Shown here one piece after another: positions 52,074 through 64,000 of a stretch of DNA of 64,000 nt. Under the pieces are notes generated by a model. It was not told the origin of the DNA, ran no database searches, and saw only the letters and a program-made list of their open reading frames with translations. Both the position numbers and the translations under genes were made by a program. This stretch comes from Eledone cirrhosa (taxonomy: Eukaryota): the NCBI GenBank assembly GCA_964016885.1, contig CAXHJY010001715.1:1-64000 (forward strand), given 5' to 3'. Within the stretch, counting starts at the first letter, position 1. Every line of letters begins with the position of its first letter.

Positions 52074-52891
52074 ATCATCATCATCATCAACGTTTAACGT
52101 CCGTGTTCCACGCTTGCATGGGTTTGGACGGGGGTAGTCCCACTTGAGGCAAGAGTGATTGTCTTGCTCGCATAGGACTGTCTGGCAGGTTTTCTACAGT
52201 TGGATGCCCTTCCTAACACCAACCACATTTACAGTGTGGGTCTGGGAGGTTTTTACCGTGTTGCCTACACGGCCACATTACAGCGTGGACTGTGTGTTTT
52301 TTTGTCGTGACACCTACACGATCGCATTTGTTTCGGCCTCGATGGCGCGGCACCAACATAACTTTACATAGAACGGGGTGGTGTGGATCGGGTGGGGGTG
52401 GTGGTGGTGGGACGGGGTGTATTTTGTTAGAGATGCCTACTGGCTGGAGTAGGTTTTACTATATATTTAGGTAAGGCGGGTCTTCTCTGTTACTGAGTAC
52501 CGCCAAAGGTCTCGGTCCAGTGACATTGTCTTGGAGAGGTGTAAGTGTGTGATGTCGGAGTTTATCAGCTCGTCCCAGGTTTTTCTAGGTCTGCCTATTC
52601 CGTGACTACCGTCTATCTTTATTGCCCTGCACTTTGTTATACAGCTATCGACTTTCATGCGCATCACGTGTCCATACCAACGTAGCCTTCTCTCGAGTAA
52701 ACAACATCTGATCCCTCTTATCTCTAATTTTTTCCTTAGTTCGTTTATGCTTTGCCGTTCACGTATATTACTGTTACACATCCAGCGGAGCATGCAAGCT
52801 TCGTTCCTCTCTAGTCTGCGTATATCCTCTGCACACAATGCCCAGGTCTCACTGCCATGCAGCATTGCTGTTCGTATGCAGGCATCGTACA
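52074..52891 (-). mobile_element. 5'-truncated RTE LINE, subfamily A' (C-terminus plus UTR)
   Basis: ORF 52467-52892. Near-identical to the 3' part of 60721-61671. Confidence 0.93.
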
Positions 52892-52899
52892 TATATGTA

Positions 52900-52964
<65 letters not shown>

Positions 52965-52966
<2 letters not shown>

Positions 52967-53581
52967 TAGGTAATTCCGAAGGAAAAGCAAAGGAAAAAAG
53001 AGTGCTCTATGTATAGAGCAGAGCTATTTAATTAGAAAGTGAACAACACAAAATATAACTACTCCATTACCAATGGTTTCTGGATCCCAGACAATAATAA
53101 TATACGTCTGGATCTGTCATCAGACAGATAACATCTCTGACTGATGACGGATCCAGACGTATATTATTATTGTCTGGGATCCAGAAACTTTTGGTAATGG
53201 AGTAGTTATATTTTGTGTTGTTCACTTTCTTTCATGTATACATCGCTATTTCAGAGCGCAAATCCTAATACTTAATTTTTGCTGGACCGGCAATCGCTCT
53301 GTATAATCAGCTCCTGATTATTACTGGCATTCTATAAGAATCCAGCTTCTATAATTTTCAACGGAAGAGGGCAGTATGTAGCTCTGATGATTGCCAAACA
53401 GCATGAAACAGACTGTTAGCTTCTCTGCCTTCTTTCGCCGAAAAGAAGTAAGTAACATAGTCACTACTTTAAAATGATAGCAGAAGGTCTTCAAAATGTT
53501 TTTAATTAAACATACGGTATATTGCCAAATATACTATACATACATTCATGTATACATCGCTATTTCAGAGCACCAATCCTA

Positions 53582-53585
<4 letters not shown>
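52965..53585. mobile_element. Second hammerhead-bearing inverted-repeat element (Penelope/retrozyme-like), between microsatellites
   Basis: ~90-bp inverted arms at 53034-53123 and 53141-53230, each with CTGATGA...GAAAC. A further hammerhead lies at 53380. A 40-bp direct repeat occurs at 53231 and 53546. The left end recurs at 57666-57730. Confidence 0.6.
53380..53421 (+). ncRNA. Minimal type I hammerhead ribozyme motif
   Basis: AGCU-CUGAUGA-UUGC(CAAACA)GCAU-GAA-ACAG(A)CUGU-U-AGCU: complete core, self-complementary stem III with a 1-nt loop, GUU site, U.U at the base of stem II. Confidence 0.6.
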
Positions 53586-53614
<29 letters not shown>

Positions 53615-53635
53615 TATATATACTCAGTTCCTAGT

Positions 53636-54230
53636 TGTTTCCTGTTCATTATTGTCCTACAGACTATAACAGAAGAATGTAATACTCGCTGCCCATGGGA
53701 ACCTCTGTATCCAGATGATCTAACCCTTATAGCTGAAACTATGGCAGAATTAGAGAAGAAATTCCACACCTGGAAGCATGGCCTCGAATCAAAAGGTCTT
53801 AAAGTTAACTTGTCAAGGACTAAAGTCCTAGAATGTAGAAAGGAAAACAGGGCCCAGATTCCCTCAGGGAAATGGCTTTGCTCAGTATGCAGAAAAGGAG
53901 TAGGTAGAAATTCCATCCTATGGGTACACAAAAGATGTAGTCGTATCACAAGCAGGCTATCAAAGAACGTAGGTTTTATATGCAACCGATGCACAGTTGC
54001 AGTAAGTAGCAAGAGCCCACAGTAGCTCCTTCAAATGCCCAGAAGGATCTGTAAAAGTAGTAGATAGTTTCTGTTAACTGGGTGACCAAATTAGTAGGGG
54101 AAGAGGGTGTTCTGAAAGTACAGTATCCAGAGTAAGAATGGAATGGAAAAAGTTCAGGAAGCTACTATCGTTGCTAGTTACAAAAGGTTTTTTCATCAAA
54201 ATGAAGGACAGATTGTATATTGCATATATA
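53636..54230 (+). pseudogene. Degenerate RTE RT fragment
   Basis: ORF 53522-54025 reads LFIIVLQTITEE...LYPDDL...GLKVNLSRTKVL...WVHKRC. Confidence 0.88.
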
Positions 54231-54659
54231 TGAAATCATCTTCACATCAATAGACTTAAAATGGTGGGGATGGGGATGGTGATGGTAGGGGCGATGGTGG
54301 TGGTGGTGGTATAAGTAGTAGTGGTGTAGTATGATTTAAGTGATGGCTGTGGTGGTAGTGGTGTTGATGATGATGATGGTAATAATGATCATGATGATTT
54401 TCAATCAGGCAAGCAAAAGTTTCATGTACTTTAGGGTATATTTTTTTCTGTAAATCCTAATTGCACCAATGAGCAAACAACAAAGTAGAGAACCAATTCA
54501 ACTGAGACAAACAACATTACTTACCCTCAATTTAACATCCACTGAAATGGTTTTGGAAGCTGAGCTTTTGTCTTTGTGTTTGTTGTTGTTGTGGATACGG
54601 CATGTTCGAATGGTTAAGAAGTTCATTTTGCAATCATTAGGGTTGGGTTTGCTCTCATT

Positions 54660-54990
54660 TTCATCCTTTCTCAACACATCTCATTCCATTTTTCTTCACA
54701 ACATTCATCACTGGATCTATTTCTCTCACCCAGTTTCTTTTATCTCAACTCAACACAAAACCCAACCATCTCATTCCATTTCTTTTCACAATATTCATCA
54801 CTAGACCTATTTCTTTCACCCAGTCACTTTTTTCCCTCCTCAACTTATGAGCCAACCATCTTATTCCATTTCTCTTTGCAACATTCAACGAAAGTTCAAT
54901 ACCTCTTGACCAATCATTCTCATTCTTCTTCAACACATAACACAACCATCTCACCCCATTTTTCTTCATAACATTGATCATTGGTTCCAA
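54660..54990 (-). repeat. ~90-bp diverged tandem repeat (4 copies) encoding a LINE C-terminal-like motif
   Basis: CATCT(C/T)A..CCATT occurs near 54677, 54767, 54857 and 54946. Translation is NGVRWLCYVLKKNENDW / NGIRWLAHKLRREKSDWVK / NGMRWLGFVL. Confidence 0.65.
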
Positions 54991-55009
54991 TCCCATCATC
55001 CTCTACAAT

Positions 55010-55113
<104 letters not shown>

Positions 55114-55409
55114 CGCAATACTTCACAGTTTTGTCTTTTGCATGAAATGCATATTTTAGTCAAGTAATTCCTATACGACACACATATAGGTTTCTTTTAT
55201 TAAATCACAGACTGTTTCTCATTTTATTAAGTTATTAATGTAAATCTTTCAAAACCAATTTGTTCAAACATACACTAAAATTAATAAATACATAAATGAA
55301 CAAATAAATAGATAACTAGCTAAATAAGTAATAATAAAACGTTGGTTGTGTGTAGATTTGAATGAGTCATCAGAATATAAACATTCTGTTGGAATCTTCC
55401 ATAAATTAT

Positions 55410-55495
55410 AGGTGCAGATATGGCTATGTGGTTAAGGAGTTCGTTTTTGTCACCATGTGGCTTTGGTTCAGCCCCATTGTATGGCACCTTCAGAA
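55410..55495 (+). mobile_element. SINE family 3 head fragment
   Basis: GGTGCAGATATGGCTATGTGGTTAAG...GGTTCAGCCCCATTGTATGGCACCTT. Confidence 0.6.
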
Positions 55496-55550
55496 GCTTG
55501 TCATGTATTATCATCATAATCAGTGTTTAATGATTATTTTCCATATACGT

Positions 55551-55697
55551 TAAATGTGGTTGGTATTAGGAAGGGCATCCAGCTGTAGAAAACCTGCCAG
55601 ATAGTCCTATGCGAGCAAGATAATCACTCTTGCCTCAAGTGGGAAACCCCCGTCCAAACCCATGCAAGCGTGGAACACGGACGTTAAACGTTGATGT
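55551..55697 (+). mobile_element. RTE subfamily A' 3'UTR-only fragment
   Basis: Matches 61517-61665. Confidence 0.85.
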
Positions 55698-56658
55698 TAG
55701 ATGGATTTGTGTGTGTGTGTGTGTGTGTGCATGGATGGGGAAATGATAAAAACTGCAGGGAGACAGTAAAATGAACAAGAACTGTAGACAAAGAAAGAAG
55801 GAACCTCCCATCATCAGCTACCCAACTTTGGATATCATTGCAGCTTCATGTAATTACAGATAGAACTACTAATTACAATGTGAGCTGCAGTGATAAAAAT
55901 ATAATACTACTTGGAAAAGAAACAATACATATGTGTTCCTGCTCCTTACCTGTAAGGGTTGTAATGCTTCAGTTATCAATTGTCCAGGTTTTCTCCCTTC
56001 CAGATCCTCTCTGGTGTTTCAAGATATGTAATTTTTGTGCTTCCATCTCGTGCCTCTCAGGACAGGTTGTAGGTACATCGCAGCATTGGGTGGAAACTGC
56101 AATACTTTTTTCAAACAGGCCCCTCTACCAAAGACCTGAACGTGTCCCTTTAGTATCCAGTGGGAAGGACAATGCGGTATAGATGTCTTTATTGTTTCTG
56201 GTTATATTGCAGTGTTTAGGTAGACTCATTCATGCCAGTCACCAATTTGATACATTTTTCAGACCCATGAAGAATACGTGTTTTTAGAGGCAACCTTTAC
56301 TCACCTCATCATAGCTACATAACTGGGCTGTGATAGTTTTCTTGGGAGTTAACTGAGTCACCCTTTGTTCCATCTCCTCTAGTAGTTTACCGCCGTTGAT
56401 CCGGGGCTGCTTACTCGTCCAGCAGGAGCCCACTTATATCACAACTAAACATCATATCTAGTGGCTGTATCACTCTCTGCCACCTGTGACTCATTCCATA
56501 GCAGAACAGTTCCATTTTCCATAGTCTGTTTTATGACAGCTTCCTTCGTTCTGCTGTTTCCCATGCTGTAATCATACTTGCATGACCTCTTGCCGCATAA
56601 TCATACTTGCATGACCTCTTGCTGCTCCTAATGTGCAATTTATTGTGGTATATATATA

Positions 56659-56850
56659 TAATTGTGTCTACTTTTGGCACAAGGCCAGCAATTATCCCAG
56701 TGTATTACTGGTACTTTATTTTATCGACCCCGTAAGGCTGAAAGGCAAAGTTAAGCTCGGCGGGATTTGAACTCAGAATGAAAAGGGCCGTAACTCTATG
56801 CTGCAAAGCATGGCGTCAGACCCTCTAACGATTCTGCCAAGTCACCACCC
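56659..56850 (-). mobile_element. SINE family 2
   Basis: Reverse complement of the family-2 consensus. Confidence 0.87.
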
Positions 56851-57434
56851 TCTTATATATATATTATTATATATATATAATCACAATGAATTGCACCCAA
56901 CCAACTCTGTAATGTGGTTGGTATTAGGAAGGGTACCCAGCATTCAAAACCAAGCCAAAATGGTACATATGAGCAAGACATGGTCATCTGACTTATCTAG
57001 ACTCCAAATGTGACAACCCATCTAATGTATGCAAGCATGTATGTAAAGGTAAATGGTGATGATGATGATATACATGTGAAACGTGTGTATGTGTATGTTT
57101 GCCTGTATGTATGTGTATAGGTATGTGCATGTGTCTGTTTGTCGGTTTCTTTCTCTTGTAATTAAAGGTTCAACAAAATGAGAAGTACCAGACTTGAAAA
57201 AATAAGTACTGCGGTCAATATGATCAAATAAAATCCCTTCAAGGCAATGTCCTAGCATGGCCACAATCTAATAACAGGGTGAAACCAGTAAAAGAATAAA
57301 TGAATACATTTATAATGTATATGGGAAGGAAAGAAAGAAAGAGAGAGAGATTACAAGATTTCTAGATAGTATAATAAGCTGTTAAGTAGGTTGTATACTC
57401 CAAAAGCGTAAAGACAGACCTGGATGTGTCTGTC

Positions 57435-57987
<553 letters not shown>

Positions 57988-60722
57988 TCATCATCATCAT
58001 CATCACCGTTTTACGTCCGTTCTTCCACGCTAGCATGGGTTAGACGGGTTGTCCTGTTGTGGGCAGTGTCTGGTCGGCTGACCATGCCTTGCTCATACAG
58101 GAACTGATCTGGCTTGATTTCTACAGCTGGATGCCCTTCCTAACACCAACCTCATTTACAGTGAGTGCTGGGTGCTTTTTCGTGGCGCCTACACGTCCAC
58201 TTTACAGTGTGGGCTGGGTGCTTTTTTGCCGTGGCACCTCCACGACCACCTTGCGGTGGGGGGAGTGGGGGCATATTGTTTATATGCTTCAGCATGTACC
58301 CATGGGAGGTCGGGTACCCTGTATTACTGCGTGACGCCAGAAGTCACGGTCGTGTGTCATTGTCTTTGAGAGGTGTAGTTGGGTAAAGTCGGCTTTTATC
58401 ACCTCATCCCAAGTCATCTTGGGTCTCCCCACTCCGCGGTTTCCATCAACTTCTAGTGCTCTGCACCTTTTTATGCAGCTGTCATCCTTCATACGCATCA
58501 CATGTCCATACCAGCGTAACCGCCTCTCCTGCACGCAGCATTTGATTCCTCTTATGCTCAGTCTCTCTCTCAATTCCTTTATACTTTGTCGTTCACGTAC
58601 ACTACTGTTACACATCCATCGGAGCATGCAGGCTTCGTTTCTCTCTAATCTACGTAAGTCTTCCACCTTCAGCGCCCAGGTCTCACTACCATGCAACATC
58701 GCTGTTCGGATACACGCATCATACAGTCTGCCTTTCATTCTGAGGGAGAAGCCTTTTGCAGCTAGCAGTGGTAGTAGTTCCCTAAACTTGTTCCATCCCG
58801 TTCTTACCCTAGTTATTGTACTTTCTGAGCACCCACCTCCGTTGCTAATTCGGTCACCTAGGTAGCAGAAGCTGTCTACTGTTTCTACAGGGCCCTCCCA
58901 GAGATTGGTGGTACTTGTTTCCTGTGGCTGTTTGCTTGCTGTTTCAGCACAGCTGCTGCATGTGAATCCTACATTCTTAATTAAGCTTCCTGAGATCCCG
59001 CTACATCTCTTGTGTACCCATTGTTTGCATTTGGGGCAGAGAATGGAGTTCCTACCTACACCTTTCCTACATACTGAGCAAGGCCATTTCCCTGAGGGGA
59101 TCTGGGTTCTGTTTTCTCGTCTACTTACAAGGACCTTAGTCTTTGTCATGTTGACTTTGAGGCCCTTTCTCTCTAGTCCCTGCTTCCAGGTTTGGAATTT
59201 ATTCTCTAGTTCTACCATAGATTCAGCTATGAGTGCGAGGTCATCAGCATACAGGAGTTCCCATGGGCATCCGGTCTTAAACTCCTCCGTTATTGCCTGC
59301 AGGACTATGATGAACAGGAGAGGGCTAAGAACAGAGCCCTGGTGGACCCCAACCTGTACGCTAAATTCCTCGCTATACTCATTGCTAATCCTAACTTTGC
59401 TGACTGCTCCCCTATACATGGCTTGTACCGCTTTCACATCTACTCCTAGTTTTCTAAGAGCCCACCAGATTACTGCACGTGGAACTCTGTCAAAGGCTTT
59501 CTCAAGGTCGACAAATGCCAAGTAGAGTGGCTTACTTTTAGCTAGGTACTTTTCCTGTAATTGCCTCACAAGGAAGAGGGCATCAGTGGTGCCTCTCCCT
59601 GGTACAAACCCAAATTGCATCTCGTCTATATTCACCCGGTCCCTAATCAGCTGTGCTATAACTCTTTCTGTTACTTTCATGACCTGGTCCATCAACTTTA
59701 TACCTCTATAGTTTCCTCTATCTAGTGCATCGCCTTTACCTTTGTAGCAGTTGACAATGATGCTACTGCACCAATCTTTTGGTATGGCCCCTTCTAGTAT
59801 TACCTGGTTAACGATACGTGTGGTTATAGTGTGACCTACAGACCCAGATGCCTTCAGCATCTCGGCAGCTATACCCGATGGACCGGTTGCCTTCCCCATC
59901 TTCATATCTCTGATTGCCTTACTTACTACGCTGCCGCTGACTTGTACTGCTGGTCCCTCTATAGGGTCTACATGGGGTAGGGTCTCTTCTTCCCATGCAT
60001 TCTCCTCATTTAGTAATCTATCATAATGACTCTTCCATGCATCTTTCTTCTCAGCACTTGTGAGGGCAAGCTCACCTTTATCATTCCGGATACACTTCTC
60101 TCCAATGACATCACAACTATCTCTGACACACTGCCTCGCAATCTTGAATACCTCCTGTTTCTGGTCCTCACGTTGTAAAACATGCTTGAATTTTCTATCC
60201 TCTGCTTCCCTCCTAGCTAAGTATACTTGTCGCCTAGCTTCCCTCTTGGTCTCTATGTAATGTACCCTGCTCCCCCCGTTCTTCCATTCTTTCCATGCCT
60301 GTCTCTTGGCCTTGACTGCTTCATCTACCTTATTGTTCCACCACCAAGTCACTCTCCTCCTGCTTGAGGTCTTACTCCAGCCACAAACCTCATCTGTCGC
60401 CTCTAGTAAGTTATTTTTTAGGAACTCCCAGTTCTCTTCTACGTTAAATGTCTGTATCTGTTCTTTACTGTCGTAGGCGTTGAGTAAAATATCTTTAAAT
60501 CTGTTACTGGTTGAGGGGACTTTCAGCTTCCAGATCTTTCTTCTCCAGGTTGGCCTCTGTTTCAGGGCTCGTCTAGTTCTGACCGTGAGGTCGCTGACAA
60601 CTAAGCTATGTTGGGATGTACATTCCTCACTAGGGAAGGCTTTTGTGTTTACGACCGTCCATCTGTCACGTCCTCTGATGAGGATAAAATCTAACTGACT
60701 AGAGTGCTCCCCTGATCTATAG
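57988..60722 (-). mobile_element. 5'-truncated RTE LINE, subfamily C, young (reading frame open throughout)
   Basis: (CAT)n tail at 57988, ~280-bp UTR, and an ORF that stays open to the truncation point. Confidence 0.95.
58289..60720 (-). CDS. RTE ORF lacking its N-terminus: end of APE domain, RT, PHD-like finger, C-terminal RLRWYGH motif; no native start; 3-aa deletion (EWL)
   Basis: Track ORF 58289-60352 extends upstream without stops by manual translation (YRSGEHSSQLDFIL...SQHSLVVSDL...DEVCGWSK). Confidence 0.88.
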
Positions 60723-61671
60723 CTTCCGTTACCTGGGCGATAAAATCAGCAGTGGGGGAGGGTGCTCTGAAAGTACTGTAGCTAGAGTCAGAACTGGTTG
60801 GAAAAAGTTCAGAGAGCTTATACCACTATTAGCTGCTAAAGGGTTCTCCCTAAAAATGAAAGGCAGGTTGTACGATGCCTGCATACGAACAGCAATGCTG
60901 CATGGCAGTGAGACCTGGGCATTGTGTGCAGAGGATATACGCAGACTAGAGAGGAACGAAGCTTGCATGCTCCGCTGGATGTGTAACAGTAATATACGTG
61001 AACGGCAAAGCATAAACGAACTAAGGAAAAAATTAGAGATAAGAGGGATCAGATGTTTACTCGAGAGAAGGCTACGTTGGTATGGACACGTGATGCGCAT
61101 GAAAGTCGATAGCTGTATAACAAAGTGCAGGGCAATAAAGATAGACGGTAGTCACGGAATAGGCAGACCTAGAAAAACCTGGGACGAGCTGATAAACTCC
61201 GACATCACACACTTGCACCTATCCAAGACAATGTCACTGGACCGAGACCTTTGGCGGTACTCAGTAACAGAGAAGGCCCGCCTTACCTAAATATATAGTA
61301 AAACCTACTCCAGCCAGTAGGCATCTCTAACAAAATACACCCCGTCCCACCACCACCACCCCCACCCCATCCACACCACCCCGTTCTATGTAAAGTTATG
61401 TTGGTGCCGCGCCATCGAGGCCAAAACAAATGAGATCATGTAGGTGTCACGACAAAAAAACACACAGTCCACGCTGTAATGTGGCAACACGGTAAAAACC
61501 TCCCAGACCCACACTGTAAATGTGGTTGGTGTTAGGAAGGGCATCCAACTGCAGAAAACCTGCCAGACAGTCCTATGCGAGCAAGACAATCACTCTTGCC
61601 TCAAGTGGGACTACCCCCGTCCAAACCCATGCAAGCGTGGAACACGGACGTTAAACGTTGATGATGATGAT
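60721..61671 (+). mobile_element. 5'-truncated RTE LINE, subfamily A', fused head-to-head with the subfamily C copy
   Basis: Begins AGCTTCCGTTACCTGGGC (SFRYLG). ORF 60856-61290, UTR and (GAT)n tail follow. Confidence 0.93.
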
Positions 61672-61711
61672 ATAATATATATATATAATATATATAATAT
61701 ATATATATAAT

Positions 61712-64000
61712 ATCATCATCATCATCATCATCACCGTTTTACGTCCGTTCTTCCACGCCAGCATGGGTTAGACGGGTTGTCCTGTTGTGGGCAGTGTCTG
61801 GTCGGCTGACCATGCCTTGCTCATACAGGAACTGATCTGGCTTGATTTCTACAGCTGGATGCCCCTCCCAACACCAACCTCATTTACAGTGAGTGCTGGG
61901 TGCTTTTTCGTGGCGCCTACACGTCCACTTTACAGTGTGGGCTGGGTGCTTTTTTGCCGTGGCACCTCCACGACCACCTTGCGGTGGGGGGGGGGGCATA
62001 TTGTTTATATGCTTCAGCATGTACCCATGGGAGGTCGGGTACCCTGTATTACTGCGTGACGCCAGAAGTCACGGTCGTGTGTCATTGACTTTGAGAGGTG
62101 TAGTTGGGTAAGGTCGGCTTTTATCACCTCATCCCAAGTCATCTTGGGTCTCCCCACTCCGCGGTTTCCATCAACTTCTAGTGCTCTGCACCTTTTTATG
62201 CAGCTGTCATCCTTCATACGCATCACATGTCCATACCAGCGTAACCGCCTCTCCTGCACGCAGCATTTGATTCCTCTGATGCTCAGTCTCTCTCTCAATT
62301 CATTTAAGCTTTGTCGTTCACGTATATTACTGTTACACATCCATCGGAGCATGCAGGCTTCGTTTCTCTCTAATCTACGTAAGTCTTCCACCTTCAGCGC
62401 CCAGGTCTCACTACCATGCAACATCGCTGTTCGGATACACGCATCATACAGTCTGCCTTTCATTCTGAGGGAGAAGCCTTTTGCAGCTAGCAGTGGTAGT
62501 AGTTCCCTAAACTTCTTCCATCCCGTTCTTACCCTAGTTATTGTACTTTCTGAGCACCCACCTCCGTTGCTAATTCGGTCACCTAGGTAGCAGAAGCTGT
62601 CTACTGTTTCTACAGGGCCCTCCCAGAGATTGGTGGTACTTGTTTCCTGTGGCTGTTTGCTTGCTGTTTCAGCACAGCTGCTGCATGTGAATCCTACATT
62701 CTTAATTAAGCTTCCTGAGATCCCGCTACATCTCTTGTGTACCCATTGTTTGCATTTGGGGCAGAGAATGGAGTTCCTACCTACACCTTTCCTACATACT
62801 GAGCAAGGCCATTTCCCTGAGGGGATCTGGGTTCTGTTTTCTCGTCTACTTATAAGGACCTTAGTCTTTGTCATGTTGACTTTGAGGCCCTTTCTCTCTA
62901 GTCCCTGCTTCCAGGTTTGGAATTTATTCTCTAGTTCTACCATAGATTCAGCTATGAGTGCGAGGTCATCAGCATACAGGAGTTCCCATGGGCATCCGGT
63001 CTTAAACTCCTCCGTTATTGCCTGCAGGACTATGATGAACAGGAGAGGGCTAAGAACAGAGCCCTGGTGGACCCCAACCTGTACGCTAAATTCCTCGCTA
63101 TACTCATTGCCAATCCTAACTTTGCTGACTGCTCCCCTATACATGGCTTGTACCGCTTTCACAAGCCATTCATCTACTCCTAGTTTTCTAAGAGCCCACC
63201 AGATTACTGCACGTGGAACTCTGTCAAAGGCTTTCTCAAGGTCGACAAATGCCAAGTAGAGTGGCTTACTTTTAGCTAGGTACTTTTCCTGTAATTGCCT
63301 CACAAGGAAGAGCGCATCAGTGGTGCCTTTCCCTGGAACAAACCCAAATTGCATCTCGTCTATATTCACCCGGTCCCTAATCAGCTGTGCTATAACTCTT
63401 TCTGTTACTTTCATGACCTGGTCCATCAACTTTATACCTCTATAGTTTCCTCTATCTAGTGCATCGCCTTTACCTTTGTAGCAGTTGACAATGATGCTAC
63501 TGCACCAATCTTTTGGTATGGCCCCCTCTAGTATTACCTGGTTAACGATACGTGTGGTTATAGTGTGACCTACAGACCCAGATGCCTTCAGCATCTCGGC
63601 AGCTATACCCGATGGACCGGTTGCCTTCCCTATCTTCATATCTCTGATTGCCTTACTTACTACGCTGCCGCTGACTTGTACTGCTGGTCCCTCTATAGGG
63701 TCTACGTGGGGTAGGGTCTCTTCTTCCCATGCATTCTCCTCATTTAGTAATCTATCATAATGACTCTTCCATGCATCTTTCTTCTCAGCACTTGTGAGGG
63801 CAAGCTCACCTTTATCATTCCGGATACACTTCTCTCCAATGACATCACAACTATCTCTGACACACTGCCTCGCAATCTTGAATACCTCCTGTTTCTGGTC
63901 CTCACGTTGTAAAACATGCTTGAATTTTCTATCCTCTGCTTCCCTCCTAGCTAAGTATACTTGTCGCCTAGCTTCCCTCTTGGTCTCTATGTAATGTACC
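61712..64000 (-). mobile_element. RTE LINE, subfamily C, second young copy; runs off the right edge
   Basis: Near-identical to 57988-60265. Confidence 0.95.
62014..64000 (-). CDS. RTE reverse transcriptase ORF with PHD-like finger (partial; 5' part outside the window)
   Basis: 541-aa track ORF with intact DLEKAFD, QGSVLSP and YADD. Upstream sequence is colinear with the open frame of the 58.3-kb copy. Confidence 0.88.
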   Translation of the reverse strand, partial: VHYIETKREARRQVYLARREAEDRKFKHVLQREDQKQEVFKIARQCVRDSCDVIGEKCIRNDKGELALTSAEKKDAWKSHYDRLLNEENAWEEETLPHVDPIEGPAVQVSGSVVSKAIRDMKIGKATGPSGIAAEMLKASGSVGHTITTRIVNQVILEGAIPKDWCSSIIVNCYKGKGDALDRGNYRGIKLMDQVMKVTERVIAQLIRDRVNIDEMQFGFVPGKGTTDALFLVRQLQEKYLAKSKPLYLAFVDLEKAFDRVPRAVIWWALRKLGVDEWLVKAVQAMYRGAVSKVRIGNEYSEEFSVQVGVHQGSVLSPLLFIIVLQAITEEFKTGCPWELLYADDLALIAESMVELENKFQTWKQGLERKGLKVNMTKTKVLISRRENRTQIPSGKWPCSVCRKGVGRNSILCPKCKQWVHKRCSGISGSLIKNVGFTCSSCAETASKQPQETSTTNLWEGPVETVDSFCYLGDRISNGGGCSESTITRVRTGWKKFRELLPLLAAKGFSLRMKGRLYDACIRTAMLHGSETWALKVEDLRRLERNEACMLRWMCNSNIRERQSLNELRERLSIRGIKCCVQERRLRWYGHVMRMKDDSCIKRCRALEVDGNRGVGRPKMTWDEVIKADLTQLHLSKSMTHDRDFWRHAVIQGTRPPMGTC

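Noticed and set aside
55800-56600. Possible decayed retroelement 5' region or host exon
   Set aside because: No sustained reading frame or identifiable motif by eye, so it is left unannotated.
58419-63259. Long antisense ORFs opposite the RT (also at 21159, 25886, 42835)
   Set aside because: Shadows of the LINE coding strand with no recognisable domain. They recur only because the LINE copies recur.
57988-64000. Segmental tandem duplication or assembly duplication of the subfamily C LINE
   Set aside because: The copies differ by many substitutions and a 9-bp indel and have different flanks, which fits independent insertions better.

Overview
Gene-free, repeat-saturated eukaryotic (animal) DNA. 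The SINE and RTE families look like those of coleoid cephalopods (Octopus-like; inferred from recalled repeat motifs, not verified). Positions 1-13.37 kb are a strand-asymmetric 35-bp satellite. Positions 14.4-16.8 kb are a 42-bp minisatellite that appears to be an amplified SINE tRNA-like head. The rest is a nested mosaic of about 15 5'-truncated RTE-clade LINE copies or fragments (at least 3 subfamilies, with a C4HC3 PHD-like finger inside the RT region and (GAT)n tails), three tRNA-derived SINE families, five non-autonomous Helitron-like elements, a deleted mariner, hAT- and piggyBac-like MITEs, (TA)n microsatellites, and two inverted-repeat elements carrying hammerhead-ribozyme-like motifs (Penelope/retrozyme-like). 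No host gene, true tRNA/rRNA gene or CRISPR array is supported. I see no clearly new biological system. The best leads are the hammerhead-bearing elements, the SINE-head minisatellite, the SINE tail swap, the head-to-head LINE chimera and the modular Helitrons. All alignments were done by eye, so boundaries may be off by a few bases.
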